A stretch of 64,000 bases of DNA, taken from NCBI GenBank assembly GCA_002269645.1, contig NIVC01001567.1, forward strand, positions 203,587-267,586, in the 5' to 3' direction. This stretch comes from Macrostomum lignano. Its lineage: Eukaryota. The translations under genes were made by a program, and so were the position numbers. Shown one piece after another: positions 17,075 to 58,899 of the stretch; position 1 is the stretch's first letter, and every line of letters starts with the position of its first letter. The notes under the pieces are model-generated. The model made no database searches, was not told where the DNA came from, and was given only the letters and a program-made list of their open reading frames with translations.

Positions 17075-17160
17075 CCTGTCTGTCTGTCTGAATGTCTGTC
17101 TGTCTGTCTGTCTGTCCCTGTCTGTCTGTCTGACTGTCTGTCTGTCTGTCTGTCTGTCCC

Positions 17161-17200
<40 letters not shown>

Positions 17201-17226
17201 CCTGTCTGTCTGTCTGACTGTCTGTC
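16855..17226. repeat. (TGTC)n/(TGTCTGTG)n microsatellite
   Basis: Compound TCTG/TGTG run downstream of the Penelope-like element. Confidence 0.96.
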
Positions 17227-17590
17227 TTTAACCTGCCTGTTCGCTGATATCCAATCAGATCGCAGCAGCAGAGCAGTTCGCCCTGCAGTCTCACCTAACG
17301 CGTTCCTCCTCTATCACCATTGGCCCAGTTTGGAGCAGGCGTAGCTTGAGGTCGAGTCATGGAAAATACTATTTATGACAGCTTGCCAACGCGCGGGTCT
17401 TGACTGCTTCCAGTTTCTCTACTGACTTTTTAAAGATTTTCAAAGCTTCGAAAGCTTTTCTCGCAATGGTTCTGGTGGTTGAAGACTCCCGTTTGATGGT
17501 GGCCGCTAGCCGCTCTTTTCATCGGGTAAGAATTTTTTGCTATACAAACTGAGTTTGCTGTGTTGATAGAGTTGACACGCAGCCCGACAG

Positions 17591-18213
17591 CTCACAGATT
17601 CAGCCTGTATGATTCACCGCCCGACCCGATGCTTCAGCCGCGCCCCCTGTCGCAGTCGGTGAACAACCACGCGCCCGCGGCAGCCCGACCCCGGCAGACC
17701 CTCCGCCCAGTGCCGAACTCCGCAGCCGCCGCGGCCGCTGAACCCGCGGCGCACTTCTCCGAGTCCATCTGCATCGGACCAGACCGACCTACCGGCTCCT
17801 CAGAGTCAGGAGGCGTCTCCACGACCACGGAATCCACTCTGCTGCACAACAGCCGGCTGTTCCAGCAGGAAGTCCGGCTGCAGCTGCAGCCGCAGGCGCT
17901 GGTGACCCGCCGGTTGCAGCTGATGACGACTCCCGACGGCCGGACGGTCACCCGGCAGAGTGTCGCCTACGGGCCGCGCTGGGTGGAGACCGGCCGGTCG
18001 CAGGCCGAGCGCGTCGACCACGACGCCGCGCCGCTGCTGTTCTTCACCAGCCGCGTGAGCCGGGGCGGCACGCGTCGGCAGTTCCGCTGCGAGCTGAGCT
18101 TGCCGAGGCTGAAGACTTTGAGCAGCGCGGACACCCAGCTGGCTAAGGGATACTTGAGCACATTCGAAAGCAGAGAAGTCACCTGTGCGAGCGGTTCTTC
18201 ATGCTCAACGTGA
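17591..18213 (+). CDS. Putative orphan coding exon (Pro/Ala-rich N-terminal part, no recognised domain)
   Basis: GC-rich non-repetitive ORF 17560-18213. A phase-compatible upstream exon exists at 14136-14202 (MERLQDQAEQSRADLRQSCGET, donor GTGGGT) with acceptor GACAG at 17590. No homology recognised. Confidence 0.3.
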
Positions 18214-18364
18214 ATAACAATGAGGCCACGGTGCCGCTGTCCGTGTTCAGGATGATCACAGGAGACTCGGCGAGCCAGAAGCAGCAAAGGCAGCAGCAAC
18301 CGAAGCAGAAGCGGCAGAAACTCTGCGCCTCAGCTGCGCCGCGGCTGGAACTGAAGGCGTCATG

Positions 18365-18378
18365 ACTGACTGTCTGCC

Positions 18379-18443
<65 letters not shown>

Positions 18444-18510
18444 GCCTGCCTGCCTGTCTGTCTGTGTGTCTGTCTGTCTGTCTGTCTTAGTGTCTGACTG
18501 ACTGACTGAC

Positions 18511-18550
<40 letters not shown>

Positions 18551-18577
18551 AGAGTGTCTGTCTGTCTGTCTGTCTGT
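18365..18577. repeat. (TCTG)n microsatellite
   Basis: TCTG/TGAC run. Confidence 0.95.
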
Positions 18578-19201
18578 TTGCATTTTGACATTATCCTAAT
18601 TAAGTCTGCACTTACACTTCTAAAACTTTATTGACAGTGAATTTAAGAAACGATGTCTTGAACGAGTCCATGGGAGCAGCTAATGAGCATGCAATGGCAT
18701 TAAGCATGAATTCGTGTAGCACATGTGTCCTGAAATATAATTATTTTCCTAAACTTAACTACGCTTGTCAAATATTTACTCTTTTTAGCGTCTTCTTTTA
18801 AAGAGGTATAACTTTAACAACACATAAAATTAGATAAAATTAAAATGACAACTGTCCATAATGCCTTACTGATGAATGAATATCAGTAGTAAACTGCGAA
18901 TATTGCAGTCTTGATATGCAATAAACAGAATATTTCTCGCTATTGCTGTCTGCCAATGAAGAGGAGGCAAATTCGTCAGCCAATCAGAGATCTTCAAATA
19001 GAGGAGCTTTTTGGAGAATAAAACTCAGTTCCGATAGCTTGAAAATGTTGAGCAGTCACTCCAAACACCATTGCCACTTTGAAGAATGCCGCTATAGCCT
19101 GATGCTTTCGAAGCTCGAGAACCTTCCTACTCTACAGGGTTGATCAAACCCGTTGTTAATTTTTTCATCGGCTGACGAACCACCGGCTGCTCGCAGTCAG
19201 G

Positions 19202-49388
<30,187 letters not shown>

Positions 49389-50712
49389 AATTCTGTCCAA
49401 ACCATTTATTTCTTGACCTTAATTATGATTCAGACGTTTGCATCGTCATATTTCTACTTTTAGTAGCCAAAAAACAGAACGCATGAAGGGCATCCTGTAC
49501 AGAGCTGATTGCAAATAATTCGAATTCGCTTGTTGAATTACAGACGAGGTCCCGTGACTCGACGCAGGTTGCTACTAAACTGTGTGTGCGCAAAAATGCA
49601 AATTTTAGATAATATTTTCTCAAGTTTAAATATATAATAATGATGAAAAATGCTGAAAAAGCAACCGAAAACTCTGGGATGCTTGCGCAGTTTTATTCCA
49701 GACGTGATTAAACAAGTGAATATAATAATAAAAGCGCTGTATTAAAACTTCTATTATAAGTTTGGCAGACTTCTTTTGTCCCATGTTGTACGAGTAGTAA
49801 GCAAGTAATCCGAAATCAACTGCAAATTAAAACAATGTGATGCGCATGTCGTACATGTAACTAGGGTACAAATTATCAAATAGGTGTGTGCATCTGATTG
49901 GAGACCTGACTGGGGTGCAAGCGAAGATACTGTTTTAAAATGGAAGTCATGACATGGTTTCGAAGGTATTCAATATTGTGTTGTGTACAAAGTCACCCAG
50001 TAAACAATCATGGCGAATCGGCGCAAAAGAAAGTTCGAGCAACAACTAAATAAAAAACTACTGCTTTGGTCCAGCTATGCGTGTGGAAATACAACGGACC
50101 GTTCGATTGTGTGGCGAAGAGCTGGAATTAGTTCGAGAGAGCAGGTCATGGACAGAAAAAGTTGTCAGCCTAAATGGAACTAAACTTAAGAATAGTAGGA
50201 AAGATTGAGTTTTAAACACAATCCAAAGAAGGAAACAACCTTCTGGGTATTTTTCTAGAGAGGGGTCTCGCTATTTACTTCATTGCACCAACTACGAAAT
50301 TTTGAAACAGTCTGATAAATCTTTTCTAGGGCTGCAACGATTTGCTGGTGATCAGTTGAAGAAATCTACACTACCATTTATCTGATTTTTTGCGTACTGT
50401 TGTCTCAGTTAAAAAACTCAAACGCGTCTTATTACTTTCTTTCGATTTTAGATGACAACTTGTTTGCCTCTGGCCTGCTGCCTCAAACAGATAAAAATGA
50501 TCCACGATTTGCACTTCGAGTTCTACTTAGACTGAAAAAAAAACAATATTATCGTACGGGGCCACTTAAGCAGATACATGCAGCTGTGAGTATGATGATT
50601 AGGCTCTGATAACAACAGGAGGTAACACTATAACTAAGTCAGCTTGGTTGAGTATGCATCTATGCGTGATTCAATTGATCGAGTATGTAACCTTGTCTCG
50701 TCAGTAAGAGCC

Positions 50713-52189
50713 CTACCGCACCACCACGCTACTCGCGGCCTCTCCAAATCTTCCATAAGCAGACGCTGACGCCGCCGCAACAGCCGCCGTCGCCGCGGCG
50801 ATTCTTTGTCGGTTTCGTCTAGCAAAAATGGCGCCAAGACCGCAGATCTGCAGCGCGGCGGCGCCCAAGCAGCATAGGGAGTAGGCGCGGAGTTCGGTGG
50901 ACAGCCAGGCGTGAATCTGGGCAGCGCAACCGACAGGAAACGGGCTGGCACAATCGGCAACTTTGCCTGCGCAGCAACTGGCAGGCGGCTGAGCTTCAAA
51001 GGCCAGCCAGTCTTTAGGCGAGTCGATTCCGCAGCAGCCAAGGGCCTGCTGGGTGAGATCGATCCACTGTTTGGCATCACCGGTCCCGTTAGAAGTGGAG
51101 TAGGCTCGCATCTCGGCCAGAAACTTCTGCCTGGCCTCCTTCTCCACCTGGGCCTGCATGACGAAGCCGGCTAGAAAGCCGGAGATCTCCATGCTGAGTA
51201 GCAGCAGGATAGCCAAGACGAGAATGAGAGTCTGGGAAGGCCAGTTGGGGTGAGGAGCGCGTTGTCTACATGTAGCAATCGAGATTCAAATTGCATACTT
51301 TTGTGCAATAACAAAATCCACATATTCAATATGCAAGAAAAAATTTGCAGAGTTTACTCGCATAACGCGTAGCTTTCATGAGCTAGGCGTTATGCGTTGT
51401 TGCTATAAAACTATGAAAAAATATCTTTGCGTACCCATAGTAAGTTGAAGACCCTCATAATTGACTGCAAGATACGGATGTCTTATTATATTATTAGAGT
51501 CTTAGTCCCAATGAGTTGAACTATTGTGACCATAATAATATTAATAACAACTGATTGCACCTGCTCCAATTGGGCCAGATGTGCAACCGACAACTCAGGC
51601 GCAGCTATTTGCGCGGCTCATCTGAAGCTGCGTACCGCTGTTAAGTCCAAGGATTGAGGAGTCGTCAAGCACCCTTAATTACCGCAGCTAATGCTGGCAC
51701 CCATTTTACAGCTGGTTGAGCTGAAGCAATGCAGAGTTAAGTGTCTTGCTCAAAGACACAAATTGTTTCAGTGGGATAGGGAATCGAAAATCCGACCTTT
51801 AAGTCGTGAGTCGACGCTTTAACCACAAGGCTACAACCTCATGTTGTAGCCTGTTGTAGCCTCAATTTCATGTTAGATTATAGCTGTGCAATTTATTTAA
51901 ATCCTGTCAAGTCACTTTATAAACATCGCTGCCAATGCTTGTGGGGGTCGAACATGAGCAAATGCCTCACCTGAAAGCCTCCAATTCGAACTCCGCTCTG
52001 ATGGTAGGCGCTGTCGGATGCCACCGCAGTGATGGCAATGGCAGCCGTTATGACAATCAAAAGTGACATAGGGAAGGTGCAGCCATATATGTCATACAGC
52101 TGGTCCTTCTGTCCCGTTAAGAAGAAGCCGCAAATGACCAGCAAAAAGCCGATGGCAAAACAGGCCACATTGTACAGAACGAGGTACAT
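50713..52189 (-). CDS. Tetraspanin (2 coding exons, ~245 aa)
   Basis: Exon 52189-51971 (two TM helices, donor CAG/GTGAGG) joins exon 51231-50713 (acceptor TTCCCAG) in phase 0. The large extracellular loop has CCG, PPASCC and GC (6 Cys), followed by a fourth TM. Confidence 0.85.
51552..51840 (-). mobile_element. tRNA-derived CORE-like SINE (copy 2, in tetraspanin intron)
   Basis: Collinear with 40263-40527; shares GCTAATGCTGGCAC..TTTTACAGCTGG..CTGAAGCAATGCAGAGTTAAGTGTCTTGCTCAA..GACACAAATTGT. Confidence 0.82.
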
Positions 52190-55100
52190 TCTCTGCTCCT
52201 CGCTCCTCGATCGATCGTGTCTCCCTCAGCTAGGCTACGAGAAAGGCAAATGAAATCAACTGCTGTGCTGAATTTCCCTTTATACACACGCGATTGTCTT
52301 CTCGACAATCCCCCCTCTAATCTACGTGGGGCTTCTCGTCCCCCCAAAACACTATTCAACGTATTATTGCCGCTTGCGTGGGCAGAAGTTGAGAGCGGAG
52401 CTCTTCCTGACGTGCTCGGGGCTGGAAGAGCTTAATGCAGGAATTTATTGCCCAGCAGTGCTAATCCGGCTGCCTTATTTGAATAGAAGTATATTGACAG
52501 ATTTTGTCAGTGGAAACTATTATATTCATTTTGCCTGAGCTTACAAATACAGTAAACGAATGTAGTAAAAAGCATTATTTGATTATTCTCTCTTGTACTT
52601 AACAGCGTTTCAATAGCCAGTTGCATTCTACTCCAATAATTTTAAACAAAGTGTTTCACAAGTGTATTGAAAAAAAATTAGATTTGTGCGAGCGAACAGT
52701 ATTGTTAGAAGGTATTATTATGCAAAGTTGAATTACAAGTATGTACTTCTTGAGAGTGCAGGACACCAGGGCTCAGCTCAGCGCTTCAGCCCTGAATATT
52801 TGAAAAAAATGGTTTAGCTCTATTAGTTTTATGGAGATGCATGAGTCCCACTAAGTACTGATCCCGCATAAACTTTTAACGCATCTGTAAGGTTGCTAGG
52901 ACGTCACAAAATTAACCCATTTTTTCTCCAATATTGTCAACATCGTTTATGACCCAAAACATTCAAAATCACCTTCAGTGCTACAAAAAGTAGCACAAAT
53001 TTAGTTTAGGAGCGAAAAATTTATACAGCCAATTATTCAATTATTACGAAAATTCGTGACGCTGTAGATACGTATTTAAAATACTAAAAAACTACGTATT
53101 TTATACGCCCAAGCAGTAGCGTAGCTAGGGTGGGATACGGGGATATATCCCCCATTTTAGGAAACGAAAATGAGGTTTTATCAAAAAAATGCAAAATAAA
53201 GTGGCTTAGGTTTAGCAAAATTGCCTAAAATTGGTGTATTTTACTCGTAAATTACTATTAAAATGTTTTAAACGATATTTCCGCGAATCCCTAGTTCCTA
53301 AAATGCTGGAATCAAGACAGACGTCTGACGGCTTTATTCTGATTTTAACAAAGTAAAGTCTTTAGCCAAAAAACTTTAGAGTCTAAAGTCTTTAGACAAG
53401 CCCATGCAACAATGCTAGTTTAAGCGACGTTCGCTTTTCAAAAAGCGAATGGCTTAGTGTTGTTAAAAAACTTTGGAAGGGTTTCTGCTTTTCCACTAAA
53501 TGCAGATGTGACTCGCGTCGGTGTGTTTCAAGTATGTTCTGCTGAGCTGATAACCTTCTGACTGCTTTAATGTTCGCTTATCGAGAGTCTGGGCGTTTAA
53601 ATCGTCATTGGAAATTTGCTCTGCTAGTAGCTGTGCGTTACTTGATTTTCTCAAACGAGCGTCTGATGCCAAGTTCGACGTAGATGTTGCCCGGGCTCGA
53701 GCCAGCTACTTTCTTCAGTGCTCTGAGCTGCAGGATAACGGTTTGGTTGTGCAGCGTCCTAATGGTACTGTTATAATTTGCTCGTGTGCTTCTGGGGTGC
53801 ATGTTGCTGGGCAGTTGAGGAAATCACCCATAGTAATTCGAACTGCCCTTCTCGCATGCAGTGTTCTACTACCCGAGAGTTGCTATCTCTATCAATAAAC
53901 CGCCATCATTTGTCAATGAATTTCTGAGTAAAGATTTGAAAAAGATTGAAAAAGTGTTTCTTGTTTATTTTGAAATCTGTATCTTCATTAGACTACTAGC
54001 TACAGCATTTGACTAACTAGTACTTAATTATTTAACAACAGCAAAAAACCAGAAAAGATCGTTTTTCCTGTTGCTTTTGGAATCTCTATCTTCATTAGAC
54101 TACAAGCTACAGCATTTCACTAGCTAGTACTTACTTAATTGTTTAGCAACAACTAGAAAAAACTCTGTTTCTTGTTTTTTGGAATCTTTATCTATTCATT
54201 AGACTACTAGATACACCATTTCACTAACTAACAAGCGCTGCGGAACAGGGGGGGGGCAGCTGCCCCCAGACATTGAGTTGGGGGCATTGCCTCCCTCAAA
54301 TACCGTTTAATAGCATAATTTTTCTTACATTTAAAATTGTAAGAAAGGGGCTGTCTTAAGTATAGGCTAGCCAGGCCAGCAAATAGGTCGGAAGAAACGT
54401 CTCTGTGCTCAACGCTGCATGCTTGCCGCTGCTTCAGCCGACTATCCTTTAGTGCTACTTCACGCGTCTTCTCGAGCGACAGCCTCTAGCGATTCGATGG
54501 GCGCGCAGGAGCCTGCTGCGCCACATCACGTCTCGCGAGCGTCAGGCTCTGCCGATTCGATGGGCGCGCACGTTCCATACTCACCCCGATTCAGAACTCC
54601 TTCCAGGATAGCGTTTTTGCAAGCCTTACAATGCTCTGTTACAAACAAAAGAACTAGTCATCCGTGTGCTTCGATGCATTTTCCAGTTAAAAAGTATTTC
54701 AGAGACGGTAGTGTGGCGTGTCAACGGGGAACCAGCAGTACATCTACGAACGCTGCTACTCGTAACACTCCTGCAAGCAGCCGTGCCTTTGCTGATGAAG
54801 TCACTGTAGCGTCTGTTACCCATGGAAAAGAAAACAGTGACAAAGCAAAATCTACTGCTTCCAACGTACGGCCAAGAAAGGCTATCAGTGTTGACAACAG
54901 TACGTAACGCCTTCCCAGATGATTTTGTTCGAGTCACCAGACCTTCAATCGAAAATAAGCAGCGCTCGAAAGGTTCCACTGCAAAGTATTTTCCATTCAG
55001 TAACTATTTCAGGCAAACGCAGCGAGCAGCGGACTCGGAAGATTTGCCGAAGGTATTCTGCTGGCAAAAACCATTGTGGTAAGCAGTTACACGAGATGGC

Positions 55101-56044
55101 CAGGACTCTACGAACCAGTAGACGTCTATCTGAACGGGATTTGCTCAGTCAACCATACTTTTATGGCAATTGTTTTTCATCTTCGTGATTACTCTTCAGT
55201 CACAGAAGACTTCAGAGCTCATTTTGGCAATATTAAAATTGCCAAATGCATCTTAGAAGTGGTAGATGCCAGGAAATCTGGGCCAGGAGGCCCAGAAAGC
55301 ACTGCTTGACAGGATTCTTTCTTCGAGGTACAGGTAGAAATTTTTAGACATGTTTCGTCACAGCGATTTATCTTCATTTTCTCAATTTTGCTGTCCTAAC
55401 CAACTTACGCCGTAAGGCCTCCCAGCACTTCACTTGTGCGAGGCTGGCGCCGTTCGCGTTCCTCTTGGTGCAAGTACAAGAAATTTCTCTCTCTCCAATT
55501 TGTACTGTAACTGATTCCGCTTGGTCCCGAATCACAAGCTGCGCCCCCCTTTTCGTCCCTGCTCTCTGTAAGCCTTAAGGCCTCTGCATTAGCCTGTGCG
55601 AGGCCGGCCTCCTTTTGAGCCCATGCGGTTGTAAGGAGGCCACTTAAGCGCTAGGGAGGCCCTCCCCAATTTTTCACAATCTAATGTCTTTAAGTTTCTC
55701 CCCTAGCCCAAGTATCTTACTCCTGGTCAGTGCTTTGTCATGTTAACATCTCCAGCTATTTCTCGCGGGGATGATTATCAGTTTTATGACCTTCAGTGGC
55801 CAGCTCTCTCAGTTAACGCCCTTTTACTTTAAGGGCATTGAGCTCCGCCCGCTTTGATTTTAAATAATGCTATCGTTTATTAAACGGCCACAGTTTGCGT
55901 CTGTTTATTGTCTCGGGCACTTTTATCACGAGCCCCCCAATCTATTCCTTTCCACTCGGTGTAATATTCTTTACACTTGGTGGGAAACTGTTTTCCACCG
56001 AGTGAAATCCGGCTAAGTATAAAAGGCCAGCCCCACCATCTGGG

Positions 56045-56503
56045 ATGGAATCCGAGTCGTCTCCCTCTCTTTGGGCCGCTGCGCCGAGAGTTTGCATCAA
56101 TTTGATTTCACGAAACCAGCAAGCCAAACTGGAGTCTTTTAAATTGGAGCTAGAGCGTCTGCTGGATCGAATGCGAGCTGCTCCGACGCCGCCTAATAGC
56201 CCCATTGCCATCAGACGAATGGCCGCTGTGTCAGCGAGGACCGCCGACGAGGCCCCGTCCCTCGACCAGGACACAGAAACCGTCACCCCAACAGACATGC
56301 CGCGTCCACTGGGAAACCCCGTGATTGGCGGCTGGAGTACCGAGGCACCGACCGGTTGTAGCGTGTTTGCGGCCAGCCCCTCCCCCGCGCACGCCGACTC
56401 TTGACGAGGCCGATATGGCTGAGGCGCAGCGCCTCGCCACCGGGCTGCTCGACGTGCTCGAAGCAGAAGTCGGCAACGGTGAGCTCCGCGAGAACCCGGC
56501 CTA
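56045..56503 (+). CDS. Possible orphan gene (Pro/Ser-rich), perhaps frameshifted
   Basis: GC-rich ORF 56045-56404 preceded by TATAAAAGG at 56018-56026. An overlapping frame continues as TPTLDEADMAEAQRLATGLLDVLEAE. No homology recognised. Confidence 0.25.
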
Positions 56504-57239
56504 GACAGGAGGCCGGGTTCTCCCGGGCCACGCTGGCAGTCCGCCGGCTGGCAATCGAAATTGTCAGCCGTCGTATTCATCCGCGCCAGCCGGACTCCGG
56601 CTACCGAATGGGCTCCCGCAAACGCCCTCTTCTGGCACGCCAGGACTTGACTGGCGCAGGACGGCCCGCCGCCGCCCCAGCTGCGCACGGACCTGCAGGC
56701 CTGCCGGTTGGGCTCAGGACGTCCAGCCCGCCGACCGGCTGAGACTATAGACAACGACCCGGCGCAGCTCTCGGCCAAGCGTAGACGCCGGGCCGGTCAT
56801 CGGCGGAGCCCCGCTGAAATATGTTGTCATGGCTCACCGGGTCAGTTGTAGGCGCGGCCTCCCACTGACTGACAATTTTATTTTCCTTGCAGCTGGCAGA
56901 CTGACAGCTTTTTGATATGACGTGACTATAATATTGATATTATTTTAATTGCATATGCGGTTTGACGCGTTTTGTTTTATCTATGGACTAAATGAAGCTG
57001 CAAAACAGCCTTGGGTTAAAAGCCCGCTGTGAGAATGTGAAATAAAGAGAAATAAGAGCAAGGCTAAGAACCTTGGAGCCGCGGAAACGTCTGCTAGGAT
57101 ATCAGCACTAATAACTAATGCCTTAAGTTAATATTGAAGACTTTAAGTAACCTGAAAACAACACTTTTCAGGCAGTGCAAGTATTCTCAAGCATACATGT
57201 ATCGTGGCACGTGGCACGTGGTAAACCACATTTCCCTAG

Positions 57240-57890
57240 TCCTAGCTGATTGAGGTTGAAGCTCTGGAACTCGAAGGGGCTGGAATGGTGATGTCCATTG
57301 AAGGCTCGGTGGTTCACGAAGACCATCATAATGAACTTCAACAGTTTGTCATGGGTGAATTCTTCTATGTTTTTTGACTGAATTCCCTAGGACAGAATAA
57401 AGTTTTGCATTTCGGTGCACTTGATGGGGTAAAGTGCGTTCTGATTAGTCAGTCCCTGTACATGCGCCAGGCTTATGTGAGGCGCCAGTTTGACTCGTCG
57501 AAGGTTCAGAATGTAGTGGGAGATTTTCATTCAGTAGGCTGTGTTGTTCTCATCTGGGGTTCGTATAGCAAATGCAGAATCGCTGGATATCAGCTTGATG
57601 TGCAGGTATAAAGTGTTCAGCAGCAGAACATGACACTGGAAGATGTCGCCGAGCAGAGGTCCTGCATACTCCACACAGCTGGACTCCCTGTGTCTCGGTG
57701 TGCCCTTCAGCAGCAGAGTCGGGTTCCAGGAATCATCATCAGAAAAGCTCATCAGAGCTTTTAGGTAGGCATGGTAGGGGTAGAGCTGGTCTCCACTTGA
57801 GACAATGCGCTGGTTGATGCTTTCAATTACATCTGAGAATTCCGTAGACAGGACAAAGTTTTCTGGATGCACACCAGTCTCTGCGCTCAG
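57240..57890 (-). pseudogene. Polinton/Maverick (adintovirus-like) major capsid protein fragment
   Basis: One frame reads HPENFVLSTEFSDVIESINQRIVSSGDQLYPYHAYLKALMSFS..VEYAGPLLGDIF..LLLNTLYLHIKLISSDSAF..Y*MKI..LNLRRVKLAPHISLAH..ALYPIK..ILS*G..FVNHRAFNG...SPFEFQSFNLNQL. This is collinear with Polinton MCP motifs as I recall them (NNFLHSLFSQVDV.LN, YPYRAY, GPLH.DIF, RKVK, AKYPI, AFNG..NPF.F..YNL). Stops at 57531-33 and 57387-89. Confidence 0.8.
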
Positions 57891-57894
57891 TGAC

Positions 57895-58890
57895 AACTCC
57901 ATTAGCTCCTCTAATCTAATTTCACCAAACTGCAGCATATCCAAAACACCAACCTCAGACTGTGCTATAACGCTCCTAAATTCACCAAAATTAACTACCT
58001 GCACAAAATAGCAAACATACCCATGGTAAAGCCCAGGGTAGAGAAGGTAGCCACCAAATGGTAGCCACCAAAAAGCTATAGCTAATGCCATCCATGGATT
58101 CGAAGTCCCCCCTCCCAAGCAAGCTTGGAGAAACCATAAGATCCCAGAACCACCATTAGACCGATTAGTAAAACTAACCGAGCTGATGGAGAAGGCTGCG
58201 GGATAGTAGATCTCGCCTGTCAAAATTAAGCCAAATTATTATCTAGTCCATGCTGCTTTTTTATAGTGCCTTTCCTTTTACAACTATTGCTCAACTGTTA
58301 AATCCTTTTCTAAATGCGACAATTTTTTATACTCTATTTACTACATATGCGCGACCTCTCCTGTAAGGAAGGGGAGCTCACAATACGACTGGTCACCCGC
58401 TTATATAGCCTTCCAAACTATAACCCCTAGCCTCCCCGCGACGCGTCCTGGCCGCCGCTAATTGGCTGCTCCCCCCCGCCTAGGGGTTTTGGGCTGGCCA
58501 ATCACGGCAGAGGAATGTCCCTTCTCCAGTCTAACAGGATTCGCGGGCCCTCGTATTGCGAATCACCCGTCCCCGCAGATGCCCACCTTTTCTTTGTGAT
58601 GTCCCACTTTGTGAGCCTCCCTCCCGTACTGTATCTCTGCACCATTTTTTAGTTTTATGCACTAATTTTATTCACTTATTTAATTTAATTTATTTTTAAC
58701 TTGTACTGCTTACTCTAATCTTTATAGTTTATCTACTTAATCTCTATTGTTTATCCTTACTGTTTAACACTATTGCTACCGGTTTTAAATTTTACAGCAC
58801 CTTTAATTTCTTTCTTTCTCCTATTGTGTTCTCTTGCATCTGTTTTACTCTTACCCTGAAGTACTAATACAGTCTAACCTAGGAATTAAG
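57895..58890 (+). mobile_element. 3' end of a Jockey/I-type LINE (RT C-terminus + long 3' UTR), 5'-truncated
   Basis: 57915-58060 reads SNFTKLQHIQNTNLRLCYNAPKFTKINYLHKIANIPMVKPRVEKVATKW, the KLQ.IQN..LR....AP......LH..A.IP motif of the post-RT region. A non-coding, T-rich tail follows. The right boundary is approximate. Confidence 0.7.
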
Positions 58891-58899
58891 TTTTTGTAC

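Noticed and set aside
53110-54300. MITE-like termini (AGTAGCGTAGCTAGG; GGGGGCAGCTGCCCCC)
   Set aside because: Could not pair them into terminal inverted repeats with a target-site duplication.
53600-55310. Possible transposase or capsid remnants (STAKY, VDVYLNG, PDDFVR)
   Set aside because: Short motif coincidences in different frames, not collinear with any family I can name.
57531-58223. 230-aa minus-strand ORF as a single protein
   Set aside because: Chimera: the N-terminal ~110 aa are antisense to a LINE 3' end, and only the rest is Polinton capsid.
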